This document shows, piece after piece, positions 27,532 through 37,958 of a DNA stretch of 64,000 nucleotides. A model generated the notes under the pieces. The model searched no databases, was not told the origin of the DNA, and was given only the letters and a program-made list of their open reading frames with translations. A program made the position numbers and the translations under genes. This DNA is from a bacterium (GTDB taxonomy: Bacteria; Bacillota_I; Bacilli_A; RF39; UBA660), in contig CAVIDW010000004.1 in the NCBI GenBank assembly GCA_963641945.1, positions 2,462-66,461 of the forward strand, written 5' to 3'. The first letter of the stretch is position 1. Every line of letters begins with the position of its first letter.

Positions 27532-28539
27532 CTATTTAATTTTCTTTGAAAATCCTAAGTCATTTATAATTGAAGAAATATCTTCACATATTTGTTCTGA
27601 ATCACATTCTTCAATTCCATGCCCAAACAAGAATATCAATGATTCAAGATTATTATTAAACTCAAGCGCATTATTAAAATCTTTTATATTTTTAATATCT
27701 ATCTTACCATCCAAATAATTTTTATATGCCATTAAACTTATAACACCTGCTAAAAAATAATCAATTTCATCTAGAATAGCTTCATATTCTGAAGAATCTT
27801 CTTTATCATATGGAACAGCTTCTTTAATATAATCAGGATATTCTCTCATATAAAGTAATACACCAGCAATACCATTAACACTCTCAGCTAATTCTATTGA
27901 AGTATTTATTCTCATTTTTAAATTAATATCTGCTTCTTCCTTTGAATATCCATTATCAATCAAATATTTATTAAACAAACATTCAAATATAAATGAAGAT
28001 GCCTCAGTTAAAATATCTCTATCATCAGAATATTCTATTCCATTTGGAATATTAGTATAATGTATAAACTCATGTATTAATGAATAAGCATCATCTAAAG
28101 TATGTTGAAGAGGTACATTAATATCCCTTCTTTTTTCAAAACCAATTATCGTTCCATTATCATCATATTTAGGAATATCATCCTCATTACAAAAAGCATC
28201 TTCACCATATATATCAACATCTTCCTCATTATCAATATGATATAAATTTATAGTCCCATCATTTAATAATTTTTCAAATTTAACGGGATACTCTGAATCA
28301 ATAGTTCCAAGAAACTTTTTAACAAGTTCAATTATATCTTCAAAAGTATAATATTCGTGATATTCAAGTTCTTCTTCATCAAATGGTTCAACTCTTTCAC
28401 CAAATTGATATGAAAGTGTTTCTAAAAGTTCTAAATTAGCAAGAATCTTTTGCATTTGACTTTCTGAAGAATAGCCTATTAATACTTTAGCCATTTCTTT
28501 AACAGCATTTTTTTCTTTTTGAGTTAATTCATCAAACAT
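27532..28539 (-). CDS. Hypothetical acidic protein with an HExxH motif
   Basis: 335 aa with no signal or TM segment. LIHEFIHYTN is the only recognisable motif, so it may be a metallopeptidase. Confidence 0.35.
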   Translation of the reverse strand: MFDELTQKEKNAVKEMAKVLIGYSSESQMQKILANLELLETLSYQFGERVEPFDEEELEYHEYYTFEDIIELVKKFLGTIDSEYPVKFEKLLNDGTINLYHIDNEEDVDIYGEDAFCNEDDIPKYDDNGTIIGFEKRRDINVPLQHTLDDAYSLIHEFIHYTNIPNGIEYSDDRDILTEASSFIFECLFNKYLIDNGYSKEEADINLKMRINTSIELAESVNGIAGVLLYMREYPDYIKEAVPYDKEDSSEYEAILDEIDYFLAGVISLMAYKNYLDGKIDIKNIKDFNNALEFNNNLESLIFLFGHGIEECDSEQICEDISSIINDLGFSKKIK

Positions 28540-28540
28540 T

Positions 28541-29932
28541 TTAAATATTCTCCAAAATATCTCTTGCAGAAACTAAACCAGTTGCTGCAGCAGCTACAAT
28601 ATTTCCGGCTTTTCCAGCTCCATCACCCACAAAATATATATCATAATCTTCTAATTTAAATTTATTATTAGTTGTTATTTCATTACTAAAGAATTTAATT
28701 TCTGGTCCATAAAGCAAAGTTTCATCATTATTAACACCAGGAATTATTTGATCTAATTTCTCAAGACCTTCTAAAATATTCGTAATTATTCTATGTGGTA
28801 ATACTAAAGACAAATCACCAGCTACACAATCTTTTAATGTAGGCTCAATAAATCCTTTATTAATTCTCTTCCATTCACTTCTTCTACCTTTTCTTAAATC
28901 TCTTAAGGTTTGAATAATAGGTTTTCCATCACCTAGAGTATTAGCTATTCTAGCTATAGATTCACCATATAATCTAGTATTAGTTACTGGTTCAGTTAAA
29001 CCAATCTTACAAATAAACGCAAAGTTAGAATTATCAGACTTAATATCTTTTAAAGAATGACCATTAACACATATAAATCCATAATAATTTTCTTTAGCTA
29101 CAAAACCACCAGGATTAGTACAAAAAGTTCTAATTTCATCTGTATAAGTATTGGTTTTAATAAATATAGTCGGATCATATATAACATTTGTTATATCCTC
29201 AAGTATTTCTTTTCTTACCTCTACTCTTACTCCAATTTCTATACTTTGGCTAGTATAAGGAATACTATATTTATCAGCTAATTCTTGAACCCATTTAGCA
29301 CCTGTTCTTCCAGGTGCAACAACAACCTTTTTACAAACAATACTTTCTTTATCACCATCAAAAATTATTTCATGTACATTTTTACTCTTACTATTTATAT
29401 CTTTAACATCACAATGTTCATATATATCAACACCTTTTTTTTCTAAATAATCAGTAAATCCTTTAATATATTCAGGTAACTTATCACTACCTAAATGTTT
29501 TTGTTTAATTAATAAAAGTCTTGCTCCAGTTTTAGCAACATCTTTTTTTATTTTTAAAGCTTCATCCATATTAGAAGGATATACATCACTATCCATCTTA
29601 AATTTAGTAAATATTTTTTCAGTATCATCTATTAAAGCATTAGCTTCACTCATACTCATATATTTAAATAAATCACTTTTTCCAAGTTTAGGAATAAAAT
29701 TTAACTTTCCATCAGAGAATGTTCCAGCTCCACCAAAACCAGATAGTATTTGACAAGTTTTGCAATTTAAACATTTTCCTCCATTTACTTTCATCGGACA
29801 CATTCTAGTCTCTACTCTATTTCCCTTATCAACTAAAGCAATTTTCATTTTTTTATTAGCTTCAACCAATTCATAAGCACAAAATAACCCAGCAGGTCCT
29901 GCGCCAATAATTACAACATCATACTTTTTCAT
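28541..29932 (-). CDS. FAD-dependent protein (COG2509-type NAD(FAD)-utilising dehydrogenase)
   Basis: N-terminal Rossmann motif YDVVIIGAGPAGLFCAYEL and C-terminal GDGAGKAGNIVAAAATG. 463 aa. Confidence 0.7.
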   Translation of the reverse strand: MKKYDVVIIGAGPAGLFCAYELVEANKKMKIALVDKGNRVETRMCPMKVNGGKCLNCKTCQILSGFGGAGTFSDGKLNFIPKLGKSDLFKYMSMSEANALIDDTEKIFTKFKMDSDVYPSNMDEALKIKKDVAKTGARLLLIKQKHLGSDKLPEYIKGFTDYLEKKGVDIYEHCDVKDINSKSKNVHEIIFDGDKESIVCKKVVVAPGRTGAKWVQELADKYSIPYTSQSIEIGVRVEVRKEILEDITNVIYDPTIFIKTNTYTDEIRTFCTNPGGFVAKENYYGFICVNGHSLKDIKSDNSNFAFICKIGLTEPVTNTRLYGESIARIANTLGDGKPIIQTLRDLRKGRRSEWKRINKGFIEPTLKDCVAGDLSLVLPHRIITNILEGLEKLDQIIPGVNNDETLLYGPEIKFFSNEITTNNKFKLEDYDIYFVGDGAGKAGNIVAAAATGLVSARDILENI

Positions 29933-29934
29933 AT

Positions 29935-31644
29935 TTACTCCTTTATTTTACTTTTTTCTAATTTTGTATATGCAACTTTACCAACTAAAGTTTTAGGTAA
30001 AGAATCTAAAAACTCATACTCACTCGGAAGTGAATATTTAGCTAAATTTTCTTCACAATAACTTTTTATACTATTCATAACTTCTTTAGAAGGCTTAACA
30101 TCATCATTAAGGACAATAAATGCTTTAGCAACTTGCACTTTTTTAGGATGAGGTATACCAATAACAGTGCATGTAAACACATCTGGATGAGAATTAATTA
30201 TGGTTTCAATATAGCTTGGATACAAATTATAACCATTAGAAACTATCATTCTTTTAACTCTTTGTTTAAAATAAACAAATCCATCTTCATCGATACATCC
30301 AACATCTCCAGTATGAAGCCATACTTTTCCATCTTCATGTTTCTGCAATGCATGAATAGTTTCTTCAACATTATTTATATAACCAAGCATAACAGTTGGT
30401 CCATTAATGCAAATCTCGCCATCAACATTATACCCAACTTCTTCATGAGTACCTATTTTCACAATTTTATATCTTGTATCTGGAAATGGAATACCAATGG
30501 AATTATCTCTATATTCACCAGTTGGTGTTGCACAAGTAGCCGCAGAAGCTTCAGTTAAACCATAACCAACTCTTATTTCAGCACTACTTCCATGTTCCTT
30601 AAAATATTCATCAACCTTATGTTTTAAATCAGAAGACATAAAATCCCCACCAGAAATCGCACATTTTAAATAAGATAAATCCTTCTTACCTAACTTCATT
30701 TTTAATAAACTTTCAAATAATGATGGAACTGCACATACAATAGAAATTTTATGTTTACAAAGTAATTTACCAAATTCCTTAGGAGAAAAGTTTGGTACTA
30801 AAACAACTCTCATCCCACAACACAATGTGGTATGAATACACACACCCAATCCAAAACCATGAAATATTGGAAGTATTGCTAAAATAGACTCTCCAGGTCC
30901 AGACTGTTCAATCATTTTATGTGAAGCAAGAGCAAGAGAATTAAAGTTATAATTTGAAAGCATTATACCTTTTGGAGTACCACTAGTTCCCCCACTGTAG
31001 AGAATAACAGCTGGGTCATGAGCTTTTCTCAAACAAACAAATTCTCCATCATAATCATATCCAAAATTCAAAAATTCTCTCCAAGTCATAATATCATCAG
31101 TGTGTTCAATTTTAGGTGTTTCTCCACGAGATCTAAACTTATATATAAATTTCTTTATATTTTTTAAATTGTCCCCTACAGAACCAACAACTATTTTATT
31201 AACATTTGTATTATCAACAATCTTACGTACTTTTTCATACACTAAGTCAAGTACAAACAGAAAACTACTATCTGACTCATTTAAATACAATTCAATTTCA
31301 TTTTCAGCAGACAATGGATGCACCATACAAGCAATAGCACCAACCATATTAACCGCATAAAACATAATAACTGCACTAGGAGTATTAGGCATACAAATAG
31401 TTACTTTGTCATTTTCTTTTACTCCTTGAGCTTTTAAAGACATAGCTGTCTCTCTTATTTGTTCATAAAATGTTCTATAAGTACAAGTACTACCATAAAA
31501 CTCATATGCAACATCTTCAGGATATTTAGAAACTGCTTCTAATAAGTATCCAACCATTGAAGATTCACTATATTTTAAATGTTCACTTACATCTTTATAA
31601 TATTTCACCCATGGTGTACTATTCTTTAATTTCGATTTTTTCAT
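29935..31644 (-). CDS. AMP-forming acyl-CoA synthetase / fatty-acid--CoA ligase family
   Basis: AMP-binding motif YSGGTSGTPKG, plus GYGLTE, TGD and the C-terminal K of the ANL superfamily. 569 aa. Confidence 0.85.
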   Translation of the reverse strand: MKKSKLKNSTPWVKYYKDVSEHLKYSESSMVGYLLEAVSKYPEDVAYEFYGSTCTYRTFYEQIRETAMSLKAQGVKENDKVTICMPNTPSAVIMFYAVNMVGAIACMVHPLSAENEIELYLNESDSSFLFVLDLVYEKVRKIVDNTNVNKIVVGSVGDNLKNIKKFIYKFRSRGETPKIEHTDDIMTWREFLNFGYDYDGEFVCLRKAHDPAVILYSGGTSGTPKGIMLSNYNFNSLALASHKMIEQSGPGESILAILPIFHGFGLGVCIHTTLCCGMRVVLVPNFSPKEFGKLLCKHKISIVCAVPSLFESLLKMKLGKKDLSYLKCAISGGDFMSSDLKHKVDEYFKEHGSSAEIRVGYGLTEASAATCATPTGEYRDNSIGIPFPDTRYKIVKIGTHEEVGYNVDGEICINGPTVMLGYINNVEETIHALQKHEDGKVWLHTGDVGCIDEDGFVYFKQRVKRMIVSNGYNLYPSYIETIINSHPDVFTCTVIGIPHPKKVQVAKAFIVLNDDVKPSKEVMNSIKSYCEENLAKYSLPSEYEFLDSLPKTLVGKVAYTKLEKSKIKE

Positions 31645-32500
31645 CTGCTCTATCCTCCAGTAATTTTGGATGCTCTATAATATATTGTAAATATTTTAAA
31701 GATTTGGCAAAATAATATCCATCAGCAATTCTTTCATCCATATTAATACCAAAATCACAAACATCAATTATTTGTTCTTTTCCTTTATCGTCAAGAACTT
31801 TTTCTTTATGTATTTTACCCATTGTTCCAATAATTGAACTAGTTCCAAAATTAACTATATTATGATAAATTGAACCAATACCAAAATTACCTAAATTTGA
31901 AAGTATCGCAGTACTATAATATAAATTATCTTTTGTAAAACTTTCAGGTAACCATCCATGATTATCCATTATTTTTAATATTCCAATAATAAATACTCTT
32001 AAAAACTTAGGAAATTTACCAATAATATCAACAACATTATTAGTTCCATCTTTTTTCTTATCTTTTTTACCATCACGAACTTTATTTACTCTTTTAGAAA
32101 TTTTATCTCTTAACATAAAAATATTATCATCAGGATCAACAGTAATATTTATCATAACTTCTTCACTTCTATCTTCAAATGCAACTTTAGCTATAAAAGC
32201 AAGAACAACATCATTTCTATCATAAAAAGTTCTATTAGCTATAAATCTATTCATTAATGGTCTATTGTATACTGTTTTAGCAAATGCAGTCATAAACGCA
32301 TGAAAAAAAGTAATCTTGTTTTCAGGATCTTCTTTTTTCTTTTGTTCAATATATTTAACTAAATTAGTAACATCAAATTTTTGATTAATATAAACATCCG
32401 CATCACATCTTTCAGATTTAATATCAATCATTATTTTATGAAAACCATCTATATCTCTAATTTTCTTTCCATCTTTTCTATCGCCAAATCTTCTTTTCAT
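31619..32500 (-). CDS. 2-oxoacid dehydrogenase E2-type acyltransferase catalytic-domain protein (no lipoyl domain)
   Basis: 293 aa. The C-terminal NMDERIADGYYFAKSLKYLQYIIEHP aligns with the E2/CAT motif DHRxxDG...L...LE.P. Glu sits where the catalytic His is expected. Confidence 0.55.
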   Translation of the reverse strand: MKRRFGDRKDGKKIRDIDGFHKIMIDIKSERCDADVYINQKFDVTNLVKYIEQKKKEDPENKITFFHAFMTAFAKTVYNRPLMNRFIANRTFYDRNDVVLAFIAKVAFEDRSEEVMINITVDPDDNIFMLRDKISKRVNKVRDGKKDKKKDGTNNVVDIIGKFPKFLRVFIIGILKIMDNHGWLPESFTKDNLYYSTAILSNLGNFGIGSIYHNIVNFGTSSIIGTMGKIHKEKVLDDKGKEQIIDVCDFGINMDERIADGYYFAKSLKYLQYIIEHPKLLEDRADEKIEIKE

Positions 32501-32555
32501 ATCTACCTCACATAAATATTATAGATAATTTGGTCTTTAAATGCAAGTTAATAGA

Positions 32556-33518
32556 TTAAGCAAGAAAAACATAAAGATAATATATCAAAAATATAAAAAT
32601 CATAATACTTCCTTCTAATTTAGAAAGAACTTTATCATTTCTTGCAAATAAATAAAATACAACCACAGCCACGACCACAGCAGCAATATCAATTAGGTTA
32701 AAACTTGACGAAGCAAATCCACCATATATTAATAACGGAAGACCAAGAACTATTCCTATATTAAATATATTAGTTCCAATAATATTACCAAGCGCTATAT
32801 CAAATTCTCCTTTTTTTGAAGCCAATACTGTCATTGTCATTTCAGGTAATGATGTACCGATTACAACAACTGTCATTGTAATTATTTTTTCACTTACGCC
32901 TAATAGCGAAGCTAATATCTTAGCATTATCAACAACTATATCGCTTGAATAAACTATAACAGCACAGCATACAATAGTAATCAATATAGATATCCAAATA
33001 TTGTATTTTGGTTTAGCATATTCAAATAAACCTTGCTTCGACTTAACAATAGAAACAATATAAAATATAAATACTGAGAATAAAAATACAAAAATTAATC
33101 CATCCGTTCTATTCAATATGAAACTCATATTATTTTCAAAAATATAATGAAAGGAAATTGATACTGCAAACATAATAGTAGTCAAAAGAAGTATTGGTAA
33201 TTCTTTTTTAATAACCTCATCTTTAACTTTAATAGGATTAACAAATGCAGCTAATCCAATTATTAACAAGATATTAACAACATTACTACCAAGTACATTT
33301 GCAAGTGCTATATTTCCACTACCACTAGAAATACTGTTAAAAGATATAGCTAACTCTGGAGCACATGTTCCAAAAGCAGCTACTGTAAGAGCTATCATCA
33401 TTTTAGACACTTTAAAATTATTAGCAAGAGAACTAACCGCATCAACAAATAAGTCAGAACATTTTACTAATAATACAAAACCAATTAATAACAAAACAAT
33501 AGTTTTAACATACTCCAT
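32556..33518 (-). CDS. Ca2+/Na+ antiporter (CaCA / YrbG family)
   Basis: Two alpha-repeats, GTCAPELAISF and GTSLPEMTMTV, in a polytopic protein. The start at MEYVKT is preferred. Confidence 0.85.
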   Translation of the reverse strand: MEYVKTIVLLLIGFVLLVKCSDLFVDAVSSLANNFKVSKMMIALTVAAFGTCAPELAISFNSISSGSGNIALANVLGSNVVNILLIIGLAAFVNPIKVKDEVIKKELPILLLTTIMFAVSISFHYIFENNMSFILNRTDGLIFVFLFSVFIFYIVSIVKSKQGLFEYAKPKYNIWISILITIVCCAVIVYSSDIVVDNAKILASLLGVSEKIITMTVVVIGTSLPEMTMTVLASKKGEFDIALGNIIGTNIFNIGIVLGLPLLIYGGFASSSFNLIDIAAVVVAVVVFYLFARNDKVLSKLEGSIMIFIFLIYYLYVFLA

Positions 33519-33595
33519 AAACTCACCTATTCTAGAAACATTATAAAACAAAAATCATTCTTTTAAAACAATATTTTCACTTATTAGTGTAAACT

Positions 33596-33619
33596 AAAAC
33601 CTTTAGATTATTCTAAAGG
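33596..33619 (-). terminator. Intrinsic terminator after the lipid kinase gene
   Basis: cctttaga-atta-tctaagg-type hairpin (cctttaga/tctaaagg) followed by UUUU on the minus strand. It overlaps the stop codon. Confidence 0.55.
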
Positions 33620-34548
33620 TCTTCATCTCTATCATATTGTTCAAATAATTTCTCAATGTTTTTTGTTGGCAACAACATACAATTATCTTTATTTATTTTA
33701 ATTTCAAATTTCTTATCATTATGTGTTAATTCATCACCATCTATACACCATGACGGAGGAACATCATCAAATTCAAATTTTATATTATCAGTTTTATAAT
33801 ATTTAAATACTGGAATATCATTAAGTTCTCTTCTTTTTAAATAATGTATAGCTCTTATAATATCCCATTTATTTTTAATATTACATAATAACACTTCAAA
33901 CTTATTATCATCTAGTTTAACATCATCATAAATATTATTTACTCCACCAACTCTATTACTATTAGTTATAAACATAAATGAAAATTCATCTTCATGAGTT
34001 TCACCATTTACAGTATACTTTACTTTATAAAATTGTAAATGTTGTTTTAATTGTTTAATTCCATACATAACATACGCAAGTTTTCCATACTTTTCCTTAA
34101 GTTTTCTAGGAGTTGCATAAGAAATATCAACCCATGCCCCTATACACGCAACATATACAAATGGGTTGTCATTTATTAGACACACATCAATATTTTTTCT
34201 TGTTCCATTTAAAAGCATCAATGTATTTTTAATAGTGTTATTAGACATGCCATACATATGAGCTACATCATTAACACTACCAAGAGGTAAATGCCCCAAT
34301 AAAATTGGATTATGCCTTTCTATATTACCAGAAATCACTTCATTTAAAGTTCCATCTCCACCAGCACATAATAATAAATCAACATCATCCATTTTCTTAA
34401 CCAACTCTTTAGCATGACCTTTATATTCAGTATAAACAATTTGAGTATCATATCCATAATTTTCAAGTAATTTATAAAGTCTTTTTATTTCATTTCTATT
34501 TGTTAATTTTCCACTATTTGGATTATAAATTACAACACATTTAAGCAT
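33613..34548 (-). CDS. Diacylglycerol/lipid kinase (YegS/DagK family)
   Basis: IYNPNSGK and GGDGTLNEV motifs. The start at MLKCVVIYNP is preferred over the longer track ORF. Confidence 0.85.
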   Translation of the reverse strand: MLKCVVIYNPNSGKLTNRNEIKRLYKLLENYGYDTQIVYTEYKGHAKELVKKMDDVDLLLCAGGDGTLNEVISGNIERHNPILLGHLPLGSVNDVAHMYGMSNNTIKNTLMLLNGTRKNIDVCLINDNPFVYVACIGAWVDISYATPRKLKEKYGKLAYVMYGIKQLKQHLQFYKVKYTVNGETHEDEFSFMFITNSNRVGGVNNIYDDVKLDDNKFEVLLCNIKNKWDIIRAIHYLKRRELNDIPVFKYYKTDNIKFEFDDVPPSWCIDGDELTHNDKKFEIKINKDNCMLLPTKNIEKLFEQYDRDEDL

Positions 34549-34675
34549 AAAATCATTCCTTTTTCTAAAACATATTATATCATTAAAAAATATATAAGTA
34601 AAATTCAAGATAGTATAATTGTTTATTTTGTTGTAAAGAATAATATTGTGATATACTTATATAGTTGGGGTCAAT

Positions 34676-36748
34676 ATGAAAAAGAAAAAAATAATGTTTA
34701 TAGACAAATTTTTTATAGTAGTTATTTCTTTAATATTAGTCACACTTTTAATAGGATGTGGATTTTTTTATTACATTTATTTATGTTCTCCAGAATTTGA
34801 CCCAGAACTTTTATATACAAAAGAATCTACTAATATATATGATTCTAAAGGTGAACTAATTACAACTATTGGTACTGAAAGAAGACAATTAGCTAGTTAT
34901 GAAGAACTACCTCAAGTACTAATAGATGCAATTATAGCCACAGAAGATTCAAGATTTTATGAACATCATGGATTTGATATATATAGATTTTTAAAAGCAG
35001 GAGCAAGTTTCATAAGTGGAAAAAATGCAGGTGGTGCTTCTACTCTAACAATGCAAATATCAAAAAATTCACTAACAAGCACAGAATCACAAGGCTTCGA
35101 TGGCATAGTGAGAAAATTTAATGACATATATTTATCAGTATTTAAAATAGAAAGAAAATATTCGAAAAAAGAAATAATGGAATTCTATGTCAACGCACCA
35201 TATTTAGGTTCAGGGACATACGGCGTGGAAATGGCATCAAAAACATATTTTGGAAAAAGTGTTTCTAACTTAAACCTAGTTGAAGCAGCTACTATAGCTG
35301 GTTTATTTCAAGCTCCAAATGAATATGATCCATATTTAAATCCAGATAAAGCAAATAGTAGAAAAAATATTGTTATTGGTCTGATGTTAAGACATGGATA
35401 TATTAATAAAGAACAAGCACATGAAGCAAAAAAGAAAGAAGTAAAAGATTTATTATTAGAACAAAATACGGAAATAAATGAATACCAAGGATTTATAGAC
35501 ACAGTAGTTCAAGAAGTGATTGATAAAACCGGAGATAACCCATACGAAACAGCCATGGACATTTACACAACTATGGTTAGAAGTAAACAAAATGTAATAA
35601 ATAATTTTTATAAAAAACATAAATTCAAAGATGACAAAGTTCAAGTTGGAATAGGAATAATTGATAATGATACAGGTGCAATAATAGCTGTAGGTGCTGG
35701 AAGAAATAAAAAGTCTACTTTATCACTTAACTATTCAACTCAAATAAGTAGACATCCAGGTAGTACAGCAAAGCCTTTATTTGACTATGGGCCAGGTATA
35801 GAATATTTAAATTGGTCAACATATACACCATTCACAGACAAACCAGTTAGATACACAAATGGTGGAACTATGAGAAATGTCGATGGAAAATATCAAGGAT
35901 TCTTAACATTAGAACAATGTTTAGTTAGATCAAGAAACACATGTGCATTACAAGCATTCCAATCATTAAGTAATTCTAAAATTGACAAATTTGTAACTTC
36001 ACTCGGTATAAAACCAGAATATTTAAACAACACAAAATATATAAATGAAGCACACTCAATTGGCGGTTTCACAGGTGTATCTCCAGTACAATTAGCTGCT
36101 GCTTATGCAGCATTTGGAAACGGAGGATATTATACTGAACCACATTCTATAAATAAAATCGTTTATAAAGATAGTAAGAAAAATCATGTAGAAGAATATA
36201 ATTTAAAAAAAACAAAAGTCATGAAAGAAACAACAGCTTATATGATTTCTTATATGCTTAAAAAAGTAACATCATCAAAAGTAAAAGTTAGTGGTACAGA
36301 TATATCCACTAAAACAGGTACAAGTAGTTATGATGAAAAAGCATTAAAAAGATTACACTTATCAACAAATGTTATTAGAGATGCATGGACAGTTACATTT
36401 AGTCCGGATTATAGTGTTGCAATATGGTATGGTTATGATGAATTAACTAAAAAAACATATAACACTGCAAATCATGCATGGAGTGAAAGAGTCAAAATTC
36501 AAAAAGAAATTGTTAATAATGTCATGGAAAAAGATTCAAGATTTACTCGACCATCAGGTCTAGTAGCGTCTAAAGTTGTTGTAGGTACAAATCCTCCAAA
36601 ACTGCCAAACCCAAGTACTCCTTCTTCAAAAATACAAACTCACCTATTTATAAAAGGAACAGAACCTAAACAAACAGTCGCATATGAAAAACCAAAAATA
36701 GAAAATAATAGCGAAGAAGAAAATATTCCAGATGAACTAACTCCATAA
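34676..36748 (+). CDS. Class A penicillin-binding protein (transglycosylase/transpeptidase, PBP1A family)
   Basis: N-terminal TM segment. GT51 motifs EDSRFYEHHGFD and GASTLTMQ. Transpeptidase motifs STAKP (SxxK), SRN and KTGT. Confidence 0.9.
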   Translation: MKKKKIMFIDKFFIVVISLILVTLLIGCGFFYYIYLCSPEFDPELLYTKESTNIYDSKGELITTIGTERRQLASYEELPQVLIDAIIATEDSRFYEHHGFDIYRFLKAGASFISGKNAGGASTLTMQISKNSLTSTESQGFDGIVRKFNDIYLSVFKIERKYSKKEIMEFYVNAPYLGSGTYGVEMASKTYFGKSVSNLNLVEAATIAGLFQAPNEYDPYLNPDKANSRKNIVIGLMLRHGYINKEQAHEAKKKEVKDLLLEQNTEINEYQGFIDTVVQEVIDKTGDNPYETAMDIYTTMVRSKQNVINNFYKKHKFKDDKVQVGIGIIDNDTGAIIAVGAGRNKKSTLSLNYSTQISRHPGSTAKPLFDYGPGIEYLNWSTYTPFTDKPVRYTNGGTMRNVDGKYQGFLTLEQCLVRSRNTCALQAFQSLSNSKIDKFVTSLGIKPEYLNNTKYINEAHSIGGFTGVSPVQLAAAYAAFGNGGYYTEPHSINKIVYKDSKKNHVEEYNLKKTKVMKETTAYMISYMLKKVTSSKVKVSGTDISTKTGTSSYDEKALKRLHLSTNVIRDAWTVTFSPDYSVAIWYGYDELTKKTYNTANHAWSERVKIQKEIVNNVMEKDSRFTRPSGLVASKVVVGTNPPKLPNPSTPSSKIQTHLFIKGTEPKQTVAYEKPKIENNSEEENIPDELTP

Positions 36749-36783
36749 AAAAATATATAGTCATCAAAACTATATATTTTTTA
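36747..36783. terminator. Bidirectional AU-rich hairpin between convergent genes
   Basis: aaaaatatatag-N9-ctatatattttt. Confidence 0.5.
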
Positions 36784-37296
36784 ATTAATATAATCTATAA
36801 TTTTACCTTCAAAAAGTTTATTATAATTTAGTCCCTTTATTAAATCTTCAGGCTTAAATATATTATCAGTTTTTTCTATTAATTTAACTTTCTCATCAGA
36901 TAACACTTCATAAACAAATTCTGAACAATAATATTTATTCCTATGTAATTTAATATTAAAATATGCAAGTAATAATCCCATAATATTATATCCCCTATTA
37001 GTCTCCTTAATTTTTCCAACTTTCTTTTTTATTAGATCATATTTTTCTTTTGAAATCTTAACCTCATAAACAGCAATTAAAGAGCCATTATTAGTAAATA
37101 AACCTTTATCTAATTTTTCATGATTAAATACTCCATAAAAAGGAAAATATCTATATTTTCTACCAAATGAATACATATGATTACATTCTCTATCAAAAGA
37201 AATTGAAGCATGAGAATACTTATCATGCGTAAATAGTTTAATCAACCTAGCAATACCACTATATGTTTGAGTTAATACTATATAAATGCTTTCCAT
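36781..37296 (-). CDS. Permuted papain-like (YiiX/C92-type) hydrolase, putative
   Basis: 171 aa. YSHASISF comes early and YYCSEFVYEVL late, the His-before-Cys order typical of permuted NlpC/P60-like amidases. Confidence 0.45.
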   Translation of the reverse strand: MESIYIVLTQTYSGIARLIKLFTHDKYSHASISFDRECNHMYSFGRKYRYFPFYGVFNHEKLDKGLFTNNGSLIAVYEVKISKEKYDLIKKKVGKIKETNRGYNIMGLLLAYFNIKLHRNKYYCSEFVYEVLSDEKVKLIEKTDNIFKPEDLIKGLNYNKLFEGKIIDYIN

Positions 37297-37297
37297 A

Positions 37298-37948
37298 TTA
37301 TCTTCCCCTTTCCATTACACTTAAATATGTTTGAGGAATCCCTATATCAATATGAATTTTTTCACGTGTTACTGGATTAATAAAGTCTAAGCAATTAGCA
37401 AGAAGCATCATATTTCTAAATCCATCTTTTATACCATATTTTCTATCACCAAGAATTGGAGTATTATTATCATACATATGAACTCTAATTTGATTTTTTC
37501 TTCCTGTTAAAATATTAATTTTCAATAAAGAGTATTGTTTATTATAATCTAATCTCTCATAATAAGTTTCAGCATACTTGCCATTTACTTTATCATTAGA
37601 ACTATAACTATATAATGTTTTAGTTTCTTTTAAATATGATTTAATTACACCTTTTTCATTAGTAATACCATGTACAATAACAATATATTCTCTTTTAACA
37701 CTATCCCAATTTAATTGTAAATTATCTCTTACTCTTTCGCTTTTTGCAAATATTACAAGTCCACTAGTATCTTTATCTAATCTATGTACAACAAATATTT
37801 TTTGATTCTTTTTATGCAGATAATCAAATACCATAGAATATAAATTATCCTTATAATTGTCACTTTTAATCGTAGGTATTCCATTCTTTTTATAAACAAC
37901 AATTAAATTTTTATCTTCATAATATATCTTCAATTTTTCTTTTTTCAT
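37298..37948 (-). CDS. RluA-family pseudouridine synthase
   Basis: HRLDKDTSGLVIFAK catalytic motif and GRKNQIRVH. 216 aa. Confidence 0.9.
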   Translation of the reverse strand: MKKEKLKIYYEDKNLIVVYKKNGIPTIKSDNYKDNLYSMVFDYLHKKNQKIFVVHRLDKDTSGLVIFAKSERVRDNLQLNWDSVKREYIVIVHGITNEKGVIKSYLKETKTLYSYSSNDKVNGKYAETYYERLDYNKQYSLLKINILTGRKNQIRVHMYDNNTPILGDRKYGIKDGFRNMMLLANCLDFINPVTREKIHIDIGIPQTYLSVMERGR

Positions 37949-37958
37949 ATTACTCCTA

